In this document: positions 1 to 13,144 of the stretch, piece by piece | How positions within the stretch are numbered: the first letter of the stretch is position 1 | Layout: each line of letters begins with the position of its first letter | NCBI GenBank assembly: GCA_964230645.1 | Contig: CAXRHT010000002.1 | Span: 1,216,001 to 1,280,000 of the forward strand | Reading direction: 5' to 3' | Length of the DNA: 64,000 nt | Origin: Bdellovibrionales bacterium | GTDB taxonomy: Bacteria; Bdellovibrionota; Bdellovibrionia; Bdellovibrionales; JAGQZY01 | Made by a program: the position numbers and the translations under genes | Notes under the pieces: model-generated | What the model was told of the DNA's origin: nothing | Seen by the model: only the letters and a program-made list of their open reading frames with translations | The model's database searches: none

Positions 1-3000
1 TGCTGGCCCCCTTCTTTGGCTGTTTTCTCGTTTTCTTCTGCAAGTACGTACTTCTCAACCTGCTCACCAACAAGAAGACGTGTGTCTCCGGGATCAGTGA
101 CAGTCACTTTACGAAGCATTTGTCTTACAATCACTTCGATGTGCTTATCGTTGATGGCCACACCCTGAAGTCGGTAAACTTCTTGGATCTCGTCCACGAG
201 ATAAGCTGAGAGTTCGTTTTCACCAAGCACTTTAAGAACATCATGAGGATTCGTTGGTCCGTCCATAAGGGACTCACCGGCTTTTACATACTCGCCTTCA
301 CGAACAGCCACGTGCTTACCTTTAGGAATAAGATATTCCATTTGCTCCCCAACATCAGGAGTCACAATCACACGCTGCTTACCTTTAACGTCCTTACCAA
401 AAGTGATGTAACCATCAATTTCAGAAACGATGGCTGCTTCCTTCGGAGTTCTGGCTTCAAAAAGCTCGGCCACTCTGGGGAGACCCCCGGTGATATCTTT
501 GGTTTTTGAAGTCTCTCTGTGAATTTTGGCTACAATGTCACCGGAGTGAATTTGCGCACCGTCATTTACCATCAACTGGGCTCCAACTGGAACTACGTAA
601 CGAGCTGGGATATCACGTCCTGGCAACTTTAATGGTTCCCCGTCTTCTCCAACAATGTAAACGGTTGGCTTGTTTCCTTCGGCAGTTTTACCTTCAGTGA
701 TCACCTTCGTTGCAAATCCTGTCACAGGGTCAACCTGCTCAGTCACCGTTGTCCCTTCAATGATGCCATCAAATTTAATGGTACCAGTAAGGTCAGCAAC
801 AATTGGGTTTGAGTACGGATCCCACTCAGCAAGCTTCGTTCCTTTTTCAATCTTGTCCCCTTCTTTCCCATTAAGAACGGTACCGTAAACAAGCTTAAAG
901 CTCTCTTTTTCACGACCGTTATCATCGGTGACAAGGACTCGTCCGGTTCTGTTTAGAACAACCAGGTTTCCAGCTTTGTTCTCAACGAACTGAACATCTT
1001 CAAGTTTAATTGTTCCTTCGTAGCGAGAAGTGTGAACGGACTGCTCAACCGCACGAGAAGCTGTACCACCCAAGTGGAAGGTTCTCATCGTAAGCTGTGT
1101 TCCAGGCTCACCGATGGACTGGGCTGCGATAATTCCTACAGCCTCACCAAGGTTGACCATGTTTCCACGGGAAAGGTCCCGTCCGTAACATTTTCCGCAA
1201 ACGCCTCGTCTTGTATTACAAGTAAGAACCGAGCGAAGCATAATTTTATCAATCGCTGAAGAATCGATGCGATCAATGTGGTCTTCAGTGATTTGCTCAC
1301 CGGCTGCCACAACTACTGTTTCGTCAGCGGGATCCACGATATCTTCAAGAGCAATTCTTCCAAGAACTCGGTCACCCATCGGATGAACGACCTCACCACC
1401 TTCAACGATGGGACGGATTTCAAGTCCTTCAGTAGAACCACAATCCTCTTCAAGAACAACAACGTCTTGGGCCACATCAACAAGTCGACGAGTTAAATAC
1501 CCAGAGTTAGCTGTTTTAAGAGCGGTATCGGCAAGACCCTTTCTGGCTCCGTGAGTAGAAATAAAGTACTGAAGTACGTTTAGACCTTCACGGAAGTTGG
1601 CGGTAATGGGAGTCTCGATGATCTCACCATTTGGTTTGGCCATTAGACCACGCATTCCGGCAAGCTGTCTTAGCTGAGCGGCAGAACCACGAGCTCCTGA
1701 GTCGGCCATGATGAAAATTGAGTTGAAGGAATCATCGGTGACTTTCTCACCGTTGACGTCGAACTCTTGCTTTTCAATGCGCGACTGCATTTGCTTAGCG
1801 ACTTTGTCACCCGTTTGGGCCCAAATATCCACAACCTTATTGTAGCGCTCACCATCTGTGATTAATCCTTCATCGTACTGAGATTGAATTTCTTTCACCT
1901 GGTTATCAGCATCTTCAAGAAGTTGGTACTTGTTGTCAGGAATAATCATGTCGTCAAGACAGATGGAGATTCCGGCTTTGGTTGAGTAGTGGAATCCCAT
2001 TGTCATCAATTGATCGGCCATGATCGCTGTGGCCTTAGCCCCAGCTAAACGGAAACATTTATCGATCAATTTTGCGATCTGTTTTTTGGTCATAGTTTGG
2101 TTCACTTCGCTAAAAGGAACTTCTTTAGGGATGATGTCGCTTAAAAGCGCACGTCCTACAGAAGTCTCACGAAGCTCACCATGGATTCTTACTTTACAAG
2201 CGGCTTGCAGATCCACTGTTCCGCTTTCAAAAGCGAAAATGATTTCTGAAGTGCTTGAGAAAGTTCTCCCGGTTCCTTTGGCTCCCGGACGAACTCTTGT
2301 CATCCAGTAAAGACCAAGAACGATATCCTGAGTGGGATTGATAATTGGTTTACCACTGGCAGGAGAGAGAATGTTATTTGTAGACATCATAAGAACACGA
2401 GCTTCCACCTGTGATTCCACAGAAAGAGGCACGTGAACAGCCATTTGGTCCCCGTCAAAGTCAGCGTTAAAGGCTGTACATACGAGCGGATGAAGTTGAA
2501 TGGCTTTTCCTTCGTGAAGAACGGGCTCAAAAGCCTGGATTCCAAGTCTGTGAAGTGTGGGAGCACGGTTAAGCATAACCGGGTGCTCTTTAACCACGTC
2601 TGCAAGGATATCCCAAACTTCAACAGTTTCTTGCTCCACCATTCTCTTGGCTTGCTTAATGGTTGAAGTAAAGCCCTGCTCTTCTAATTTGTTGTAAATG
2701 AAAGGCTTGAATAATTCCAAGGCCATTTTCTTAGGAAGACCACACTGGTGAAGTTTCAATGTTGGTCCAACAACGATTACAGAACGACCGGAGTAGTCCA
2801 CACGTTTACCAAGAAGGTTTTGACGGAAACGACCCTGCTTACCTTTAAGCATATCACTTAAGGAGCGAAGAGGACGTTTGTTAGGTCCGGTGAATGTTTT
2901 TCCTCTACGACCGTTGTCGAGAAGAGCATCCACTGACTCTTGCAGCATTCTTTTTTCGTTTCGAATGATAATGTCAGGAGCATTGAGCTCTTGAAGTCTT

Positions 3001-3839
3001 TTAAGACGATTGTTTCTGTTGATCACACGACGGTAAAGGTCGTTAAGGTCGGAAGTCGCAAAACGTCCACCATCAAGAGGAACAAGAGGACGAAGATCCG
3101 GTGGGATCACAGGAAGACAGTCAAGCATCACCCACTCGGCTTTATTGATAGAACCTTGGAAGGCCTCAACAATTTTTAAACGCTTGGTGAGTTTTTTAGT
3201 AGCCGCTTCTGACTTAGTCTCTTTAAGCTCCATACGAAGTTTACGAGAAAGATACTCAGGATCGACCTTACGAAGGATCTCACGAACAGACTCTCCACCC
3301 ATTCCCGCTTTAAAGTTTGGACCAAACTCATTAAGAGCGTTTTGGTAAGCCTCTTCAGTTAGAACAGCTCCTTCTTCTAGATCTGTTTCCATGGGATCAG
3401 TCACAATATAAGCTTCACAGTAAAGAACTTTTTCAACTTCTTTAAGAGTGAGATCAATAAGGTTACCAATTCTTGAAGGAAGAGATCTTAAAAACCAGAT
3501 GTGGGCGACAGGTGAAGCCAGTTCGATGTGACCCATACGCTCACGACGAACTTTACTTTGAGTGACTTCAACACCACATTTTTCGCAGACAACTCCGCGG
3601 TATTTCATTCTTTTATATTTACCACAAAGACATTCGTAGTCTTTTACCGGTCCAAAAATCTTAGCACAAAACAAACCATCTCTTTCTGGCTTGAACGTAC
3701 GATAGTTAATGGTCTCAGGCTTTTTTACCTCACCATGGGACCAGGAACGGATCATCTCTGGTGCGGCGATCGAAATTCGAACGGCATCAAATGACAATGG
3801 ATCTTTAGGTTTGTCAAAAAAGTTTAATAAATCTTTCAA
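1..3839 (-). CDS. rpoC: RNA polymerase beta' subunit (3' end runs off the window)
   Basis: Not in the ORF track because no stop lies in the window. Manual translation from TTG at 3839 (GGGAG RBS) gives [14 protein letters not shown]...[19 protein letters not shown]; catalytic [10 protein letters not shown] near 2441-2470. Confidence 0.98.
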   Translation of the reverse strand, partial: MKDLLNFFDKPKDPLSFDAVRISIAAPEMIRSWSHGEVKKPETINYRTFKPERDGLFCAKIFGPVKDYECLCGKYKRMKYRGVVCEKCGVEVTQSKVRRERMGHIELASPVAHIWFLRSLPSRIGNLIDLTLKEVEKVLYCEAYIVTDPMETDLEEGAVLTEEAYQNALNEFGPNFKAGMGGESVREILRKVDPEYLSRKLRMELKETKSEAATKKLTKRLKIVEAFQGSINKAEWVMLDCLPVIPPDLRPLVPLDGGRFATSDLNDLYRRVINRNNRLKRLQELNAPDIIIRNEKRMLQESVDALLDNGRRGKTFTGPNKRPLRSLSDMLKGKQGRFRQNLLGKRVDYSGRSVIVVGPTLKLHQCGLPKKMALELFKPFIYNKLEEQGFTSTIKQAKRMVEQETVEVWDILADVVKEHPVMLNRAPTLHRLGIQAFEPVLHEGKAIQLHPLVCTAFNADFDGDQMAVHVPLSVESQVEARVLMMSTNNILSPASGKPIINPTQDIVLGLYWMTRVRPGAKGTGRTFSSTSEIIFAFESGTVDLQAACKVRIHGELRETSVGRALLSDIIPKEVPFSEVNQTMTKKQIAKLIDKCFRLAGAKATAIMADQLMTMGFHYSTKAGISICLDDMIIPDNKYQLLEDADNQVKEIQSQYDEGLITDGERYNKVVDIWAQTGDKVAKQMQSRIEKQEFDVNGEKVTDDSFNSIFIMADSGARGSAAQLRQLAGMRGLMAKPNGEIIETPITANFREGLNVLQYFISTHGARKGLADTALKTANSGYLTRRLVDVAQDVVVLEEDCGSTEGLEIRPIVEGGEVVHPMGDRVLGRIALEDIVDPADETVVVAAGEQITEDHIDRIDSSAIDKIMLRSVLTCNTRRGVCGKCYGRDLSRGNMVNLGEAVGIIAAQSIGEPGTQLTMRTFHLGGTASRAVEQSVHTSRYEGTIKLEDVQFVENKAGNLVVLNRTGRVLVTDDNGREKESFKLVYGTVLNGKEGDKIEKGTKLAEWDPYSNPIVADLTGTIKFDGIIEGTTVTEQVDPVTGFATKVITEGKTAEGNKPTVYIVGEDGEPLKLPGRDIPARYVVPVGAQLMVNDGAQIHSGDIVAKIHRETSKTKDITGGLPRVAELFEARTPKEAAIVSEIDGYITFGKDVKGKQRVIVTPDVGEQMEYLIPKGKHVAVREGEYVKAGESLMDGPTNPHDVLKVLGENELSAYLVDEIQEVYRLQGVAINDKHIEVIVRQMLRKVTVTDPGDTRLLVGEQVEKYVLAEENEKTAKEGGQ

Positions 3840-3970
3840 AGCGCGACTCCCTTTTGCTTTCGGTTGATTTGTCCATGCACGAAAAGACTTTTTCATCTCT
3901 TCTTTGCAATTTCTTAATCAACCTCCAACGACTACAATTCCTTCGTTTATTTTTAAAAATCTTCTTTAAA

Positions 3971-6900
3971 TTATTGTTCCATAAAGTCTTCATCGAGACT
4001 GGCTGCTTCATCATCCGTATCCGCAAGGACACCAGACTCAACCAACTCAATATTTAAACCAAGACTCTGAAGCTCTTTGACAAGAACGTTAAAGGACTCA
4101 GGCAACCCTGGCTCTAGAATGTTCTCACCCTTCACAATGCTTTCATACATTCTGGTTCTCCCGGCAACGTCATCCGACTTAACCGTTAAGAACTCTTGTA
4201 AAGAGTATGCGGCACCGTAAGCTTCGATGGCCCAAACCTCCATCTCTCCAAGTCTCTGTCCTCCGAACTGAGCTTTACCACCCAGAGGTTGTTGAGAAAC
4301 AAGCGAGTATGGTCCGATGGAACGTGCGTGAATTTTCTCTTCTACCAAGTGGTGAAGTTTCAGCATGTACATGAGTCCAACAGTCACAGGGTTTTCAAAA
4401 GCTTCCCCGGTACGACCGTCAAAAAGAACCATCTGACCAGAAGTCGGCATATGAGCTTTTTCAAGAAGCTCTTTCACCTGAGATTCTTTGGCTCCGTCGA
4501 AAACCGGTGTGGCTAAATGCACCCCTTTATCAACGGCCTTGATCATTTTCTTGAGTGAATCTTCATCGGCTTCGTCAATGCGTTTAGAGATCTCTTCATC
4601 GTTGAAGGTATCTTTCATAGCTTGTCTAGCATTGGCTTCGTTCCAGTTCTCAAGCTGCTCTTGCAACTGAACTCCGAGATATCTTGCCGCAAGTCCCAAG
4701 TGAATCTCTAGAACCTGACCGATATTCATACGCGAAGGTACCCCGAGTGGGTTGAGCACCATGTCGACTGGTGTTCCGTCCGCGAGGTAAGGCATACTTT
4801 CCATTGGTAGAATTTTTGAAACAACACCTTTGTTTCCGTGACGACCGGCAAATTTATCACCGACTTGGAGTTTACGTTTAATAGCCACGTAAACTTTCAC
4901 CATCTTGATAACACCAGGAGGCAGTTCGTCTCCTTTAGTCAGACGGTCTACTTTTTCGTCGAAAACCATTTTAATGGCATCCAGTTGGTTACGAGCCTTA
5001 TCGATCACTCGAGAAACCTGGTACTCAACTTCGGAATCCATAGGGATATAAGAAAGAAGCTCAAAAGCGATCGACTCAAGATCCTCGGAAGTGATCTCTT
5101 GGCCTTTTTCTAGAAGCTTCTCGGAACCATCTTCGTTAAGAAGGGCACCGGCTGTTTTCTTACCAACAAGGATTTGCTTAAGATCCTCAAGGGCGTTGTT
5201 TTTAATAACGTTTTGCTCAACATCGAAATCTTTTTCGATTTTCTTTTTCTTTTCTTTGATAATGGACTGAAGCCGAACGTCACGATCCACACCCTCACGG
5301 CTGTAAACTTGTGCGTCGATCACTGTTCCGTAAACACCTGATGGTACGCGAAGAGAAGTATCTTTTACGTCTCCGGCTTTCTCACCAAAGATGGCGCGAA
5401 GAAGTTTTTCCTCAGGAGAGAGCTGAGTCTCACCTTTTGGAGTCACTTTACCGACTAGAATGTTTCCGGGACGAACTTCGGCTCCAACACGGATAACCCC
5501 AGACTCATCCAGGTCTTTAAGAGCTTCCTCACCAACGTTTGCGATATCGCGAGTGATCTCTTCTTTTCCAAGCTTAGTGTCACGAGCCACACACTCAAAT
5601 TCCTCTACGTGAATAGATGTGTAAGTGTCGTCTCGGATCAAACGCTCTGAAATAAGGATAGAATCCTCGAAGTTGTAACCCATCCAAGGCGTGAAGGCGA
5701 CGAGGATGTTTTGACCAATCGCAAGCTCTCCGTACTCTGTGGAAGGACCATCGGCAATGATGTCACCTTTTTTAACTCGGTCGCCTTTTTGTACAATCGG
5801 CTTTTGGTTAAAAGAAGTGTTCTGGTTTGTTCTTTGGTATTTTGTTAGGTTGTAAATATCAACGTTGGCACCAAGACCACCGGCCTTAGCAAGTCTACGC
5901 ACAACAATCCTGGAGGCGTCGACTTCTTCAACGATTCCATCGTTCATGGCAACAACACTTGTTCCAGAGTCTCTAGCCACAAGTTTCTCAACTCCTGTTC
6001 CGACAAGTGGAGAGTGAGAGCGCAAGCACGGAACGGCCTGACGTTGCATGTTCGATCCCATCAAGGCACGGTTGGCATCATCGTGCTCGAGGAACGGAAT
6101 CAGGGATGCCGCAATGGACACCAATTGGCTTGGTGAAACGTCCATATAATCTACACTTTGAGCCGGATTGAGCTGGTAATCACCATTACAACGAGTGGTG
6201 ATCTGATCTTCTTTTAAAGACTCAGCTCCTTCGCGGGTGGCTGGCGCAATATGTTTGTCTGTTTCCTGAAGGGCTGAGAGATAAACCACTTCCCCATCTG
6301 TTGATTGGTTTTCAACAGTTAAGTAAGGAGTCTCGATAAACCCGTGGTTATTAATTCGCGCATAAGTCGCCAGTGAAGCGATTAGACCAATGTTTGGTCC
6401 CTCAGGCGTTTCAATCGGGCAGATTCGACCATAGTGAGTTGGGTGTACGTCACGAACTTCGAACCCGGCGCGTGATCTCTCGAGTCCACCTGGGCCGAGA
6501 GCGGAAAGTCTTCTTTTGTGTGTAATTTCTGAAAGTGGGTTTGTTTGATCCATGAACTGTGAGAGCTGAGAAGATCCGAAGAATTCTTTGACTACAGCAT
6601 TCACAGGTTTTGCGTTCACGAGATCGTGAGGCATCATGGTTTCAACATCTTGTAAGCTCATTCTCTCGCGAATCGCTCTTTCCATACGAACAAGACCGAT
6701 ACGGTATTGGTTCTCGAGAAGCTCACCCACAGAACGAACACGACGGTTACCCAAGTGATCGATGTCATCGACATTCCCTTTACCATTACGAAGGTTCACA
6801 AGAGTTCTTGTGACTTCCATAATATCTTTTTCGGTCAGGGTACGGTGCTCAACCGGGCAATCTTCAAAAGAGATATTGAAGCGATGGTTGATTTTTAGAC

Positions 6901-8137
6901 GTCCCACTTCGGAAAGATCATAGGTTTCTGGATCAAAGAAAAGACGATTGAAAAAGCTGGTGGCGGCCTCGATGGTTGGTGGCTCACCAGGACGTTGTCT
7001 TTTATAAATCTCAATGATGGCCTCATCGCGAGTCTCTACTTTGTCAACAAGGAGAGTGTTTCGAAGGTAAGGACCAACAGCTAATCCATCAAAGAAGATA
7101 AGATTGATTGTTTTTAGCTTTAAGTTATCAACGGACTCTAGAACCTCAGGTGTTACCTCAGTGTTCACATCAGCAATGATCTCACCTGTGGACTCATCCA
7201 CGATCGGAGAGGCTACAACCTTACCCATTAGATCTTCTGCCGTAAGGGAGAGTTCTGTAATTTCGAGTTCTTTTACTTTTCTAACAGCGGCACGAGTGAT
7301 ACGACGGCCGGCTTTAACAATAACGTCCCCAGATTTTGGATCAACGATATCAACGATGGCTCTTTGACCCGCTACCTTTTCAACGTCGAACTCTCTGAAG
7401 TATTGGCCTTTTTTGCCGACTTTTACAGAGTCAATATCGTGGTAGTACTCAAGAATTTGCTGGGTGTCATAGCCAAGGGCTTTTAATAAAATTGTGGCTG
7501 GAAGTTTTCTACGACGGTCAATACGAACATGAAGAAGATCTTTCTGATCAAATTCAAAGTCCAACCAAGAACCACGGTAAGGAATCACTCGCGCTGAGTA
7601 GATGTATTTACCGCTTGAAGAACCTTTTCCAGAGTCGTGATCAAAGAATACACCAGGAGAGCGGTGAAGCTGAGAAACCACAACACGTTCGGTTCCATTG
7701 ACGATAAAGGAACCATTTTTTGTCATTAACGGAATTTCACCGAGATAAACTTCTTGCTCTTTCACATCACGAATACTACGAGCTTCTGTTTCCTCGTCGA
7801 CGTCAAAAACGATCAAACGCAAAGTCACCTTCACAGGTGAGGCGTAGGTCATTCCTCTTTGACGACACTCTTCCACGTCATATTTAGGTGGCTCAAGGAC
7901 ATAACTGACAAACTCTAGGCTTGAAGTGTTATTGAAATCACTAATTGGAAATACCGATTTAAAAACACCGTTAAGTCCATCTTCTCCACGACGATCAGGA
8001 TCCACATTTTTCTGCAAAAAGCTCTCGTAAGAAGACTTCTGCATTTCTATGAGGTTGGGGATATCAATCGCTACGTTGTTTTGGGAAAAAGATTTACGTA
8101 CTCGGACATTTGAAGCAGTCACCGGACTGGTTGCCAT
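3971..8137 (-). CDS. rpoB: RNA polymerase beta subunit
   Basis: RpoB motifs [42 protein letters not shown]. Start moved to ATG 8137, which has an AAGGAG RBS. Confidence 0.98.
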   Translation of the reverse strand: MATSPVTASNVRVRKSFSQNNVAIDIPNLIEMQKSSYESFLQKNVDPDRRGEDGLNGVFKSVFPISDFNNTSSLEFVSYVLEPPKYDVEECRQRGMTYASPVKVTLRLIVFDVDEETEARSIRDVKEQEVYLGEIPLMTKNGSFIVNGTERVVVSQLHRSPGVFFDHDSGKGSSSGKYIYSARVIPYRGSWLDFEFDQKDLLHVRIDRRRKLPATILLKALGYDTQQILEYYHDIDSVKVGKKGQYFREFDVEKVAGQRAIVDIVDPKSGDVIVKAGRRITRAAVRKVKELEITELSLTAEDLMGKVVASPIVDESTGEIIADVNTEVTPEVLESVDNLKLKTINLIFFDGLAVGPYLRNTLLVDKVETRDEAIIEIYKRQRPGEPPTIEAATSFFNRLFFDPETYDLSEVGRLKINHRFNISFEDCPVEHRTLTEKDIMEVTRTLVNLRNGKGNVDDIDHLGNRRVRSVGELLENQYRIGLVRMERAIRERMSLQDVETMMPHDLVNAKPVNAVVKEFFGSSQLSQFMDQTNPLSEITHKRRLSALGPGGLERSRAGFEVRDVHPTHYGRICPIETPEGPNIGLIASLATYARINNHGFIETPYLTVENQSTDGEVVYLSALQETDKHIAPATREGAESLKEDQITTRCNGDYQLNPAQSVDYMDVSPSQLVSIAASLIPFLEHDDANRALMGSNMQRQAVPCLRSHSPLVGTGVEKLVARDSGTSVVAMNDGIVEEVDASRIVVRRLAKAGGLGANVDIYNLTKYQRTNQNTSFNQKPIVQKGDRVKKGDIIADGPSTEYGELAIGQNILVAFTPWMGYNFEDSILISERLIRDDTYTSIHVEEFECVARDTKLGKEEITRDIANVGEEALKDLDESGVIRVGAEVRPGNILVGKVTPKGETQLSPEEKLLRAIFGEKAGDVKDTSLRVPSGVYGTVIDAQVYSREGVDRDVRLQSIIKEKKKKIEKDFDVEQNVIKNNALEDLKQILVGKKTAGALLNEDGSEKLLEKGQEITSEDLESIAFELLSYIPMDSEVEYQVSRVIDKARNQLDAIKMVFDEKVDRLTKGDELPPGVIKMVKVYVAIKRKLQVGDKFAGRHGNKGVVSKILPMESMPYLADGTPVDMVLNPLGVPSRMNIGQVLEIHLGLAARYLGVQLQEQLENWNEANARQAMKDTFNDEEISKRIDEADEDSLKKMIKAVDKGVHLATPVFDGAKESQVKELLEKAHMPTSGQMVLFDGRTGEAFENPVTVGLMYMLKLHHLVEEKIHARSIGPYSLVSQQPLGGKAQFGGQRLGEMEVWAIEAYGAAYSLQEFLTVKSDDVAGRTRMYESIVKGENILEPGLPESFNVLVKELQSLGLNIELVESGVLADTDDEAASLDEDFMEQ

Positions 8138-8315
8138 TTGCTCTCCTTTGTCGAACTCCATGTCAGGGCTGAAAATTCTGTTCAGCTCCCTGGCCAAGGT
8201 TATCCGACCCAATTGCCTTGAGGTTTTTGAAAGGACTCCAAAAAGACCTCAAGATTTTAAACGCTTACTCCACTCGCCAAGATGCTTGAGATGTAAGCAA
8301 TTTTCCTACAAACAC

Positions 8316-8350
8316 CTTAAGGGAAGACCCATCAGGCCTTCCCTCTTAAT
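8316..8350 (-). terminator. Hairpin after rplL (possible attenuator/terminator before rpoB)
   Basis: Imperfect inverted repeat TTAAGGGAAG...CTTCCCTCTTAA. Confidence 0.4.
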
Positions 8351-8384
8351 ACATATTCCAGGTTATCTACTATAAGCTGAAAGT

Positions 8385-8762
8385 TTACTTAACTTCAACT
8401 TTAGCACCAGCTTTTTCTAGAGCTTCCTTAATTTTATCGGCTTCTTCTTTAGGAACAGCTTCTTTAACTGGCTTTGGGGCACCTTCTACTAGATCCTTGG
8501 CTTCTTTTAGACCAAGACCAGTGATGGTACGAACTTCTTTAATCACGTTGATTTTCTTGTCTCCAGCAGAAGCAAGAATCACGTCAAATTCCGTTTTCTC
8601 TTCAGCAGCTTCAGCTCCACCAGCGGCTCCACCAGCAGCAACAGCAACAGGTGCAGCAGCGCTTACGCCCCATTTTTCTTCTAGTTCTTGTACAAGACCA
8701 GCAATTTCCATCACTGACATGTTAGACAAAAAGTCGATTACTTCTTCTTTATTTAATGCCAT
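8385..8762 (-). CDS. rplL: 50S ribosomal protein L7/L12
   Basis: [25 protein letters not shown] motifs. Confidence 0.98.
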   Translation of the reverse strand: MALNKEEVIDFLSNMSVMEIAGLVQELEEKWGVSAAAPVAVAAGGAAGGAEAAEEKTEFDVILASAGDKKINVIKEVRTITGLGLKEAKDLVEGAPKPVKEAVPKEEADKIKEALEKAGAKVEVK

Positions 8763-8805
8763 TTTTATACTCCGTTTAATTTTATAATTTTAAATTTAAA
8801 GTTAA

Positions 8806-9333
8806 TTATTCTGATTTCGTGTCTTTGTATGCGTTCATAACGTTCAAGAATCCGCTTGGTACGGCATTCATGACTCGAACAGTACTAGTTGCAGGTGCCA
8901 TAAAGACGCTGAGTAGCTTGGCTCTCAACTCATCTTTACCAGGCAGCGTCGCAAGATATTTAATCTTGGACTCATCCAGCTTTTCTCCTTCCATCACTCC
9001 TGTTTTTAACTTTAGAGCTTCAACATTTTTGCTGAACTCAGTCAGAGCCTTTGCTGACGCACTGGCGTCCTCATAGGCAAAAACAAAAGCGTTGGTTCCA
9101 ACAAACTCACCCTCTAAAGCTTTATCAGACTCTGGATAATCTTTCAGAGCTAGCTTAGCTAGTGTGTTTTTTACCACTCGCATTTCCGCATCAATTTTAA
9201 AGAGATTTTTACGTAGATCAGTTACCTGCTCCACATTCATTCCCGTAAAATCAACGAGGAAAGTGGCTTTAGAACGAGAAAGGCTTTCCGACAACGTACT
9301 GATACGCTCTGCTTTTTGCTCGCGTGATAGCAT
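8806..9333 (-). CDS. rplJ: 50S ribosomal protein L10
   Basis: VVKNTL motif; lies between rplA and rplL. Confidence 0.97.
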   Translation of the reverse strand: MLSREQKAERISTLSESLSRSKATFLVDFTGMNVEQVTDLRKNLFKIDAEMRVVKNTLAKLALKDYPESDKALEGEFVGTNAFVFAYEDASASAKALTEFSKNVEALKLKTGVMEGEKLDESKIKYLATLPGKDELRAKLLSVFMAPATSTVRVMNAVPSGFLNVMNAYKDTKSE

Positions 9334-9384
9334 GTATCGTCCTCCTTTCGACCACTAAGGCGATTCAAATCGTGGGAGGTTCTC

Positions 9385-9450
9385 TCCGCATCTGGGCCGG
9401 CAAAATTTAAACAACCCTACTAGAGTTGTACCGACTGTCTTTGACCGCGT
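9385..9450 (-). promoter_or_regulatory. L10 leader (r-protein autoregulatory RNA)
   Basis: Minus strand reads AAAGACAGTCGGT-[ACAACTCTA GTA GGGTTGT hairpin]-TTAAA-TTTTGCCGGC, directly upstream of rplJ. This is the L10-leader architecture. Confidence 0.65.
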
Positions 9451-9505
9451 TTAATCCATCAAGTTCCACCGGATGCTGATCAGGTGGAACATAAAAGATT
9501 AAAGA

Positions 9506-10210
9506 TTATTTTAAGCTCGCTTGAGCGTTTGAAACATCGATTCCAATTCCAGGACCCATGCTTGAAGACACATCGATCTTACGAAGATAGATCCCTTTAC
9601 TGGAAGCCGGCTTCTGCTTTGAAAGCGCATGAAGAAGACTCATAAAGTTCTCTCTAAGCTTATCAGCACCCATAGACTTCTTACCGATTCCAGCGTGCAC
9701 AATACCCGCCTTCTCAACACGGTAGCTGCATTTTCCTTTTTTCTCAGCGGCTACAGCTTCACCCACATTCATGGTCACTGTGCCTACTTTGGGGTTTGGC
9801 ATAAGACCACGAGGCCCAAGAATTTTGGCCACTTTGGAAACGGTGGCCATCATGTCAGGAGTTGCGATGGCTTTGTCGAAATCTAACCAGCCACCTTTGA
9901 TTTTTTCTACGAGGTCATCAGCCCCTACGAAATCAGCTCCGGCTTCTTGGGCTTCTTTTTCTTTTGGACCTTTTGCGAACACAAGAACTTTCACGTCTTT
10001 TCCAACACCGTTAGGTAGAGAAACAGAACCACGAACCTGTTGATCACTTTGCTTTGGGTCCACACCTAAGCGAATAGCCACATCAACGTTTTCATCAAAC
10101 TTGGCAGTGGCTGTTTCAGTCACCATTTTGAAGGCGTCAGTCACAGCATACTTTTGTGTGCGATCCACTTTTTCTTTATTTAATTTTACTCTTTTTCCTG
10201 CTTTAGCCAT
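9506..10210 (-). CDS. rplA: 50S ribosomal protein L1
   Basis: [16 protein letters not shown] motif. Confidence 0.98.
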   Translation of the reverse strand: MAKAGKRVKLNKEKVDRTQKYAVTDAFKMVTETATAKFDENVDVAIRLGVDPKQSDQQVRGSVSLPNGVGKDVKVLVFAKGPKEKEAQEAGADFVGADDLVEKIKGGWLDFDKAIATPDMMATVSKVAKILGPRGLMPNPKVGTVTMNVGEAVAAEKKGKCSYRVEKAGIVHAGIGKKSMGADKLRENFMSLLHALSKQKPASSKGIYLRKIDVSSSMGPGIGIDVSNAQASLK

Positions 10211-10220
10211 GTCTCAATCC

Positions 10221-10646
10221 TTATCCTACGACGTCAATTCCCATGCTGGCGCAAGTTCCAACCACTTGATTCACAGCACTTTCTACAGAGGAGCAGTTCA
10301 AATCGGGAAGTTTTGTTTCCGCGATTTTTCTTACTTCGTCCATTTTAATTTTTGCCACTTTGTCTTTTTGAGGCATCTTAGAACCACTTTTCAATTTACA
10401 AGCTTCCTTGATCATCACGGAAGTCGGTGGCGTTTTTGTAATGAACGTAAACGAACGATCCTGATAAACCGTAATTACAACGGGGATAATGGTGTTTCCC
10501 GCTTTCTGGGTTTTAGCATTGAACTGCTTGCAGAAATCCATGATATTAACCCCGTGTTGTCCGAGAGCGGGACCGACAGGAGGGGCTGGATTCGCTTTAC
10601 CAGCGGGAATTTGCAACTTGATCATACCTGTGACTTTCTTAGCCAT
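10221..10646 (-). CDS. rplK: 50S ribosomal protein L11
   Basis: [19 protein letters not shown] motif. Confidence 0.98.
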   Translation of the reverse strand: MAKKVTGMIKLQIPAGKANPAPPVGPALGQHGVNIMDFCKQFNAKTQKAGNTIIPVVITVYQDRSFTFITKTPPTSVMIKEACKLKSGSKMPQKDKVAKIKMDEVRKIAETKLPDLNCSSVESAVNQVVGTCASMGIDVVG

Positions 10647-10682
10647 TTCAGAACTCCAATTTTTGTCGACAATGAACTGACC

Positions 10683-10711
10683 GATATAGTCGATAATGGC
10701 GCGCCAGGCAA
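10683..10711 (-). promoter_or_regulatory. Putative sigma70 promoter of the rplKAJL operon
   Basis: Minus strand TTGCCT-N17-TATATC, ending about 37 nt upstream of the rplK ATG. Confidence 0.45.
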
Positions 10712-10786
10712 GGGGCTTTCCGATTTTTTTCTTGTGTTTTTTATAACTTGTCTGAGTCTCGCCCCAGGCCCATGATTTTAAGGACT

Positions 10787-11791
10787 ATGACTCAAGAGAA
10801 CTTCAGACTCAAGCAAGAAAACCCAAGAATTTTAGTGACTGGCGGTGCCGGTTACATAGGCAGCCACACTTGTAAGTTACTGAAAAGAGAAGGGTTTGAG
10901 CCTGTTTGCTACGACAACCTCTCGCGAGGACACCGAGAGCTTGTGAAATGGGGCCCTCTTGTTGAAGGAGATCTCTTTGAACTCGATAAGCTGACTCAGT
11001 GTTTAGTCGACTATGATATTCAAGCGGTGATCCATTTCGCAGCCTTTGCTTACATCAAAGAGAGCGTTGAGAATCCTCAGCTCTACTTTCAAAACAATCT
11101 CTACGGCTCGATCTTCTTACTTGAGGCGATGAAAAGCGCAAACGTTAAAAGTATTGTGTTTTCAAGTACTTGTGCCACTTATGGCAATTCCATCCAAAAT
11201 GAAATCTCTGAGAGCACTCCCCAAAACCCCATAACCCCCTATGGTCTGTCAAAAAAAATGGTGGAAGAGATTCTTTTCAAATACCAAAAGAACTATGACA
11301 TTAACCCCTGCATCCTACGCTACTTCAATGCCGCCGGCGCTGATCCCGAGGGGGAAACGGGAGAGTGTCATGATCCTGAGCCCCACATTTTGCCTAACCT
11401 TTTGAGAAAGGCTCTTAACAATGAAACATTTGTCATTAATGGTGATCAGTTCAACACCCCTGATGGGACTTGTGTCAGAGATTTCGTCCACGTGACCGAC
11501 CTGGGTGAAGCTCATATCTTGGCTTTAAAAAAGCTTATTCAGTCGCAAACCGATCACAAGGTTTATAACCTGGGCTCAGGAAAGGGTCATAGCCTCCTTG
11601 AATTAACAAAGTCTGTGGGCAAAGTTCTCGGTAAGAATATCGACTGGGAAATCGGTCCAGCCCGCCCGGGAGACGCCGCTTGGGCTGTGGCATCCAGTGA
11701 GCGCTTCTCAACAGAGTTTGGGTGGAAGCCAAAACACTCTACTCTGGACAACATGATCACAACAGCCCTCAACTGGATGAATAAAAACTAG
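10787..11791 (+). CDS. galE: UDP-glucose 4-epimerase (GalE-like extended SDR)
   Basis: TGGAGYIGSH, YxxxK (YGLSK), LRYFNAAGAD, DGTCVRDFVHV. ATG 10787 follows AAGGA. Confidence 0.9.
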   Translation: MTQENFRLKQENPRILVTGGAGYIGSHTCKLLKREGFEPVCYDNLSRGHRELVKWGPLVEGDLFELDKLTQCLVDYDIQAVIHFAAFAYIKESVENPQLYFQNNLYGSIFLLEAMKSANVKSIVFSSTCATYGNSIQNEISESTPQNPITPYGLSKKMVEEILFKYQKNYDINPCILRYFNAAGADPEGETGECHDPEPHILPNLLRKALNNETFVINGDQFNTPDGTCVRDFVHVTDLGEAHILALKKLIQSQTDHKVYNLGSGKGHSLLELTKSVGKVLGKNIDWEIGPARPGDAAWAVASSERFSTEFGWKPKHSTLDNMITTALNWMNKN

Positions 11792-11889
11792 AATCGGAAT
11801 TGAGTGATTTCCAAATGTTTCTCAGACCTCTCCCTAGGAAATTTTCGCTGGAATAGGTATTATAAACACAACCGGAAACGAGGTTTCAT

Positions 11890-13077
11890 GTGAAAACGAT
11901 CTCTTCAAAGTTTTTTTCCTATTACTTAATTTTCGGAAGCTTTGTTCACGTCTCTTATGGACTTTTCATTTATTATTTTATTGGAGAAACGGCCGAGCCC
12001 TTTTGGCAACGCCTTAGTCTTGCTTTCTTAGCTGTTATAGGTGCTGCCACTTTTCTTTTCATCAAAGCACGAGCCAAAACCTGTGAGTTTTTCGCCTATT
12101 TTATCGGTTATATTTTTACACTGCACTATTTTTACCTCATCCAACTTACACCTCAAACGGAGTTTTACCTCCAAGGGTTGATGCTGATGTTAGCGGGCGT
12201 GAGTGCTGCCATCTTTCGCCGCTCCTTTCTCTATTTTTATTTTGCCTCAACTCTCCCCTTGGCTTTTGCTGTAACCTCTAGTCTGGCATTCCCTTATCCC
12301 GTTGGACTTCAAATATTTTGTATTACCTTTGCTTACATCTTAATTTTTGTATTTAACTATTTAAAAATTATGTTGCTCGAACGTCTAGAGATCGCATGGC
12401 AAAATGAAGCGGAACATATTAAAACCTTGGAAAATAGTTATAAAGCCAATCTTCAGGCGGCTCACGATCTAGGCTCCCCCATTTCCGCTATCAAGATGGT
12501 GGCCCATCAAATCAAAAGCACCCATGAAAAAATCTACGAACTTCTCAAATCATCAACCGAACAATTGCAAGATATCAGTTCTCAACTTCTTGTCGACCAC
12601 CGCAACCAAAAGGATCAAGTCGAGATTGATTTTTTCGATTTGGAGAATAACCTCTCACAGATAATCACCAACAAACGTCACGAATTGAAAGGAATCCCGA
12701 ACCTTTTTATTATGTATCGCTTCCACTCCCCCCTGGTTAGACCCGTGAGAGTGGCAAAATCAGAATTTTATCGAGTCCTCTCCAATATCATTAACAATAG
12801 TGTGGAGGCGACTCTTGAAAATGACCAACGTCGAATCAATGTGATCGTAGAACCTGAAAAAGATCACGTTGCCGTTCTTGTTAGTGACAACGGCTGTGGG
12901 ATTTCCGATGAAATTAGAAATTCGATTTTTGAAGAACATTTTACTACAAAAGAAAATGGAACAGGTATTGGGCTCAGCTTCTCGAGGAGTATAGTGCAAA
13001 AATGGGGCGGAAAGATTTACATCAAAAATACTGGTGAAAAAGGCTCCACTATCGCACTAGAGATTCCCTATGATTAG
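11890..13077 (+). CDS. Membrane sensor histidine kinase (orphan)
   Basis: About 5-6 N-terminal TM segments; H-box AAHDLGSP; N-box NIINNS; G1 DNGCG; F/G2 FTTKENGTGIGL. Confidence 0.9.
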   Translation: MKTISSKFFSYYLIFGSFVHVSYGLFIYYFIGETAEPFWQRLSLAFLAVIGAATFLFIKARAKTCEFFAYFIGYIFTLHYFYLIQLTPQTEFYLQGLMLMLAGVSAAIFRRSFLYFYFASTLPLAFAVTSSLAFPYPVGLQIFCITFAYILIFVFNYLKIMLLERLEIAWQNEAEHIKTLENSYKANLQAAHDLGSPISAIKMVAHQIKSTHEKIYELLKSSTEQLQDISSQLLVDHRNQKDQVEIDFFDLENNLSQIITNKRHELKGIPNLFIMYRFHSPLVRPVRVAKSEFYRVLSNIINNSVEATLENDQRRINVIVEPEKDHVAVLVSDNGCGISDEIRNSIFEEHFTTKENGTGIGLSFSRSIVQKWGGKIYIKNTGEKGSTIALEIPYD

Positions 13078-13144
13078 GCCCAAATTGAGGCCCACCCAAG
13101 AGGAAGCTTGGGCAGCGACAATGATATTTTAACTTTAGAGGCAA

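Noticed and set aside
243..8375. Many short ORFs within or antisense to rpoC/rpoB (and similar ones in tuf, clpB and nuo)
   Set aside because: Shadow frames of highly biased conserved genes, with no RBS or recognisable motifs.
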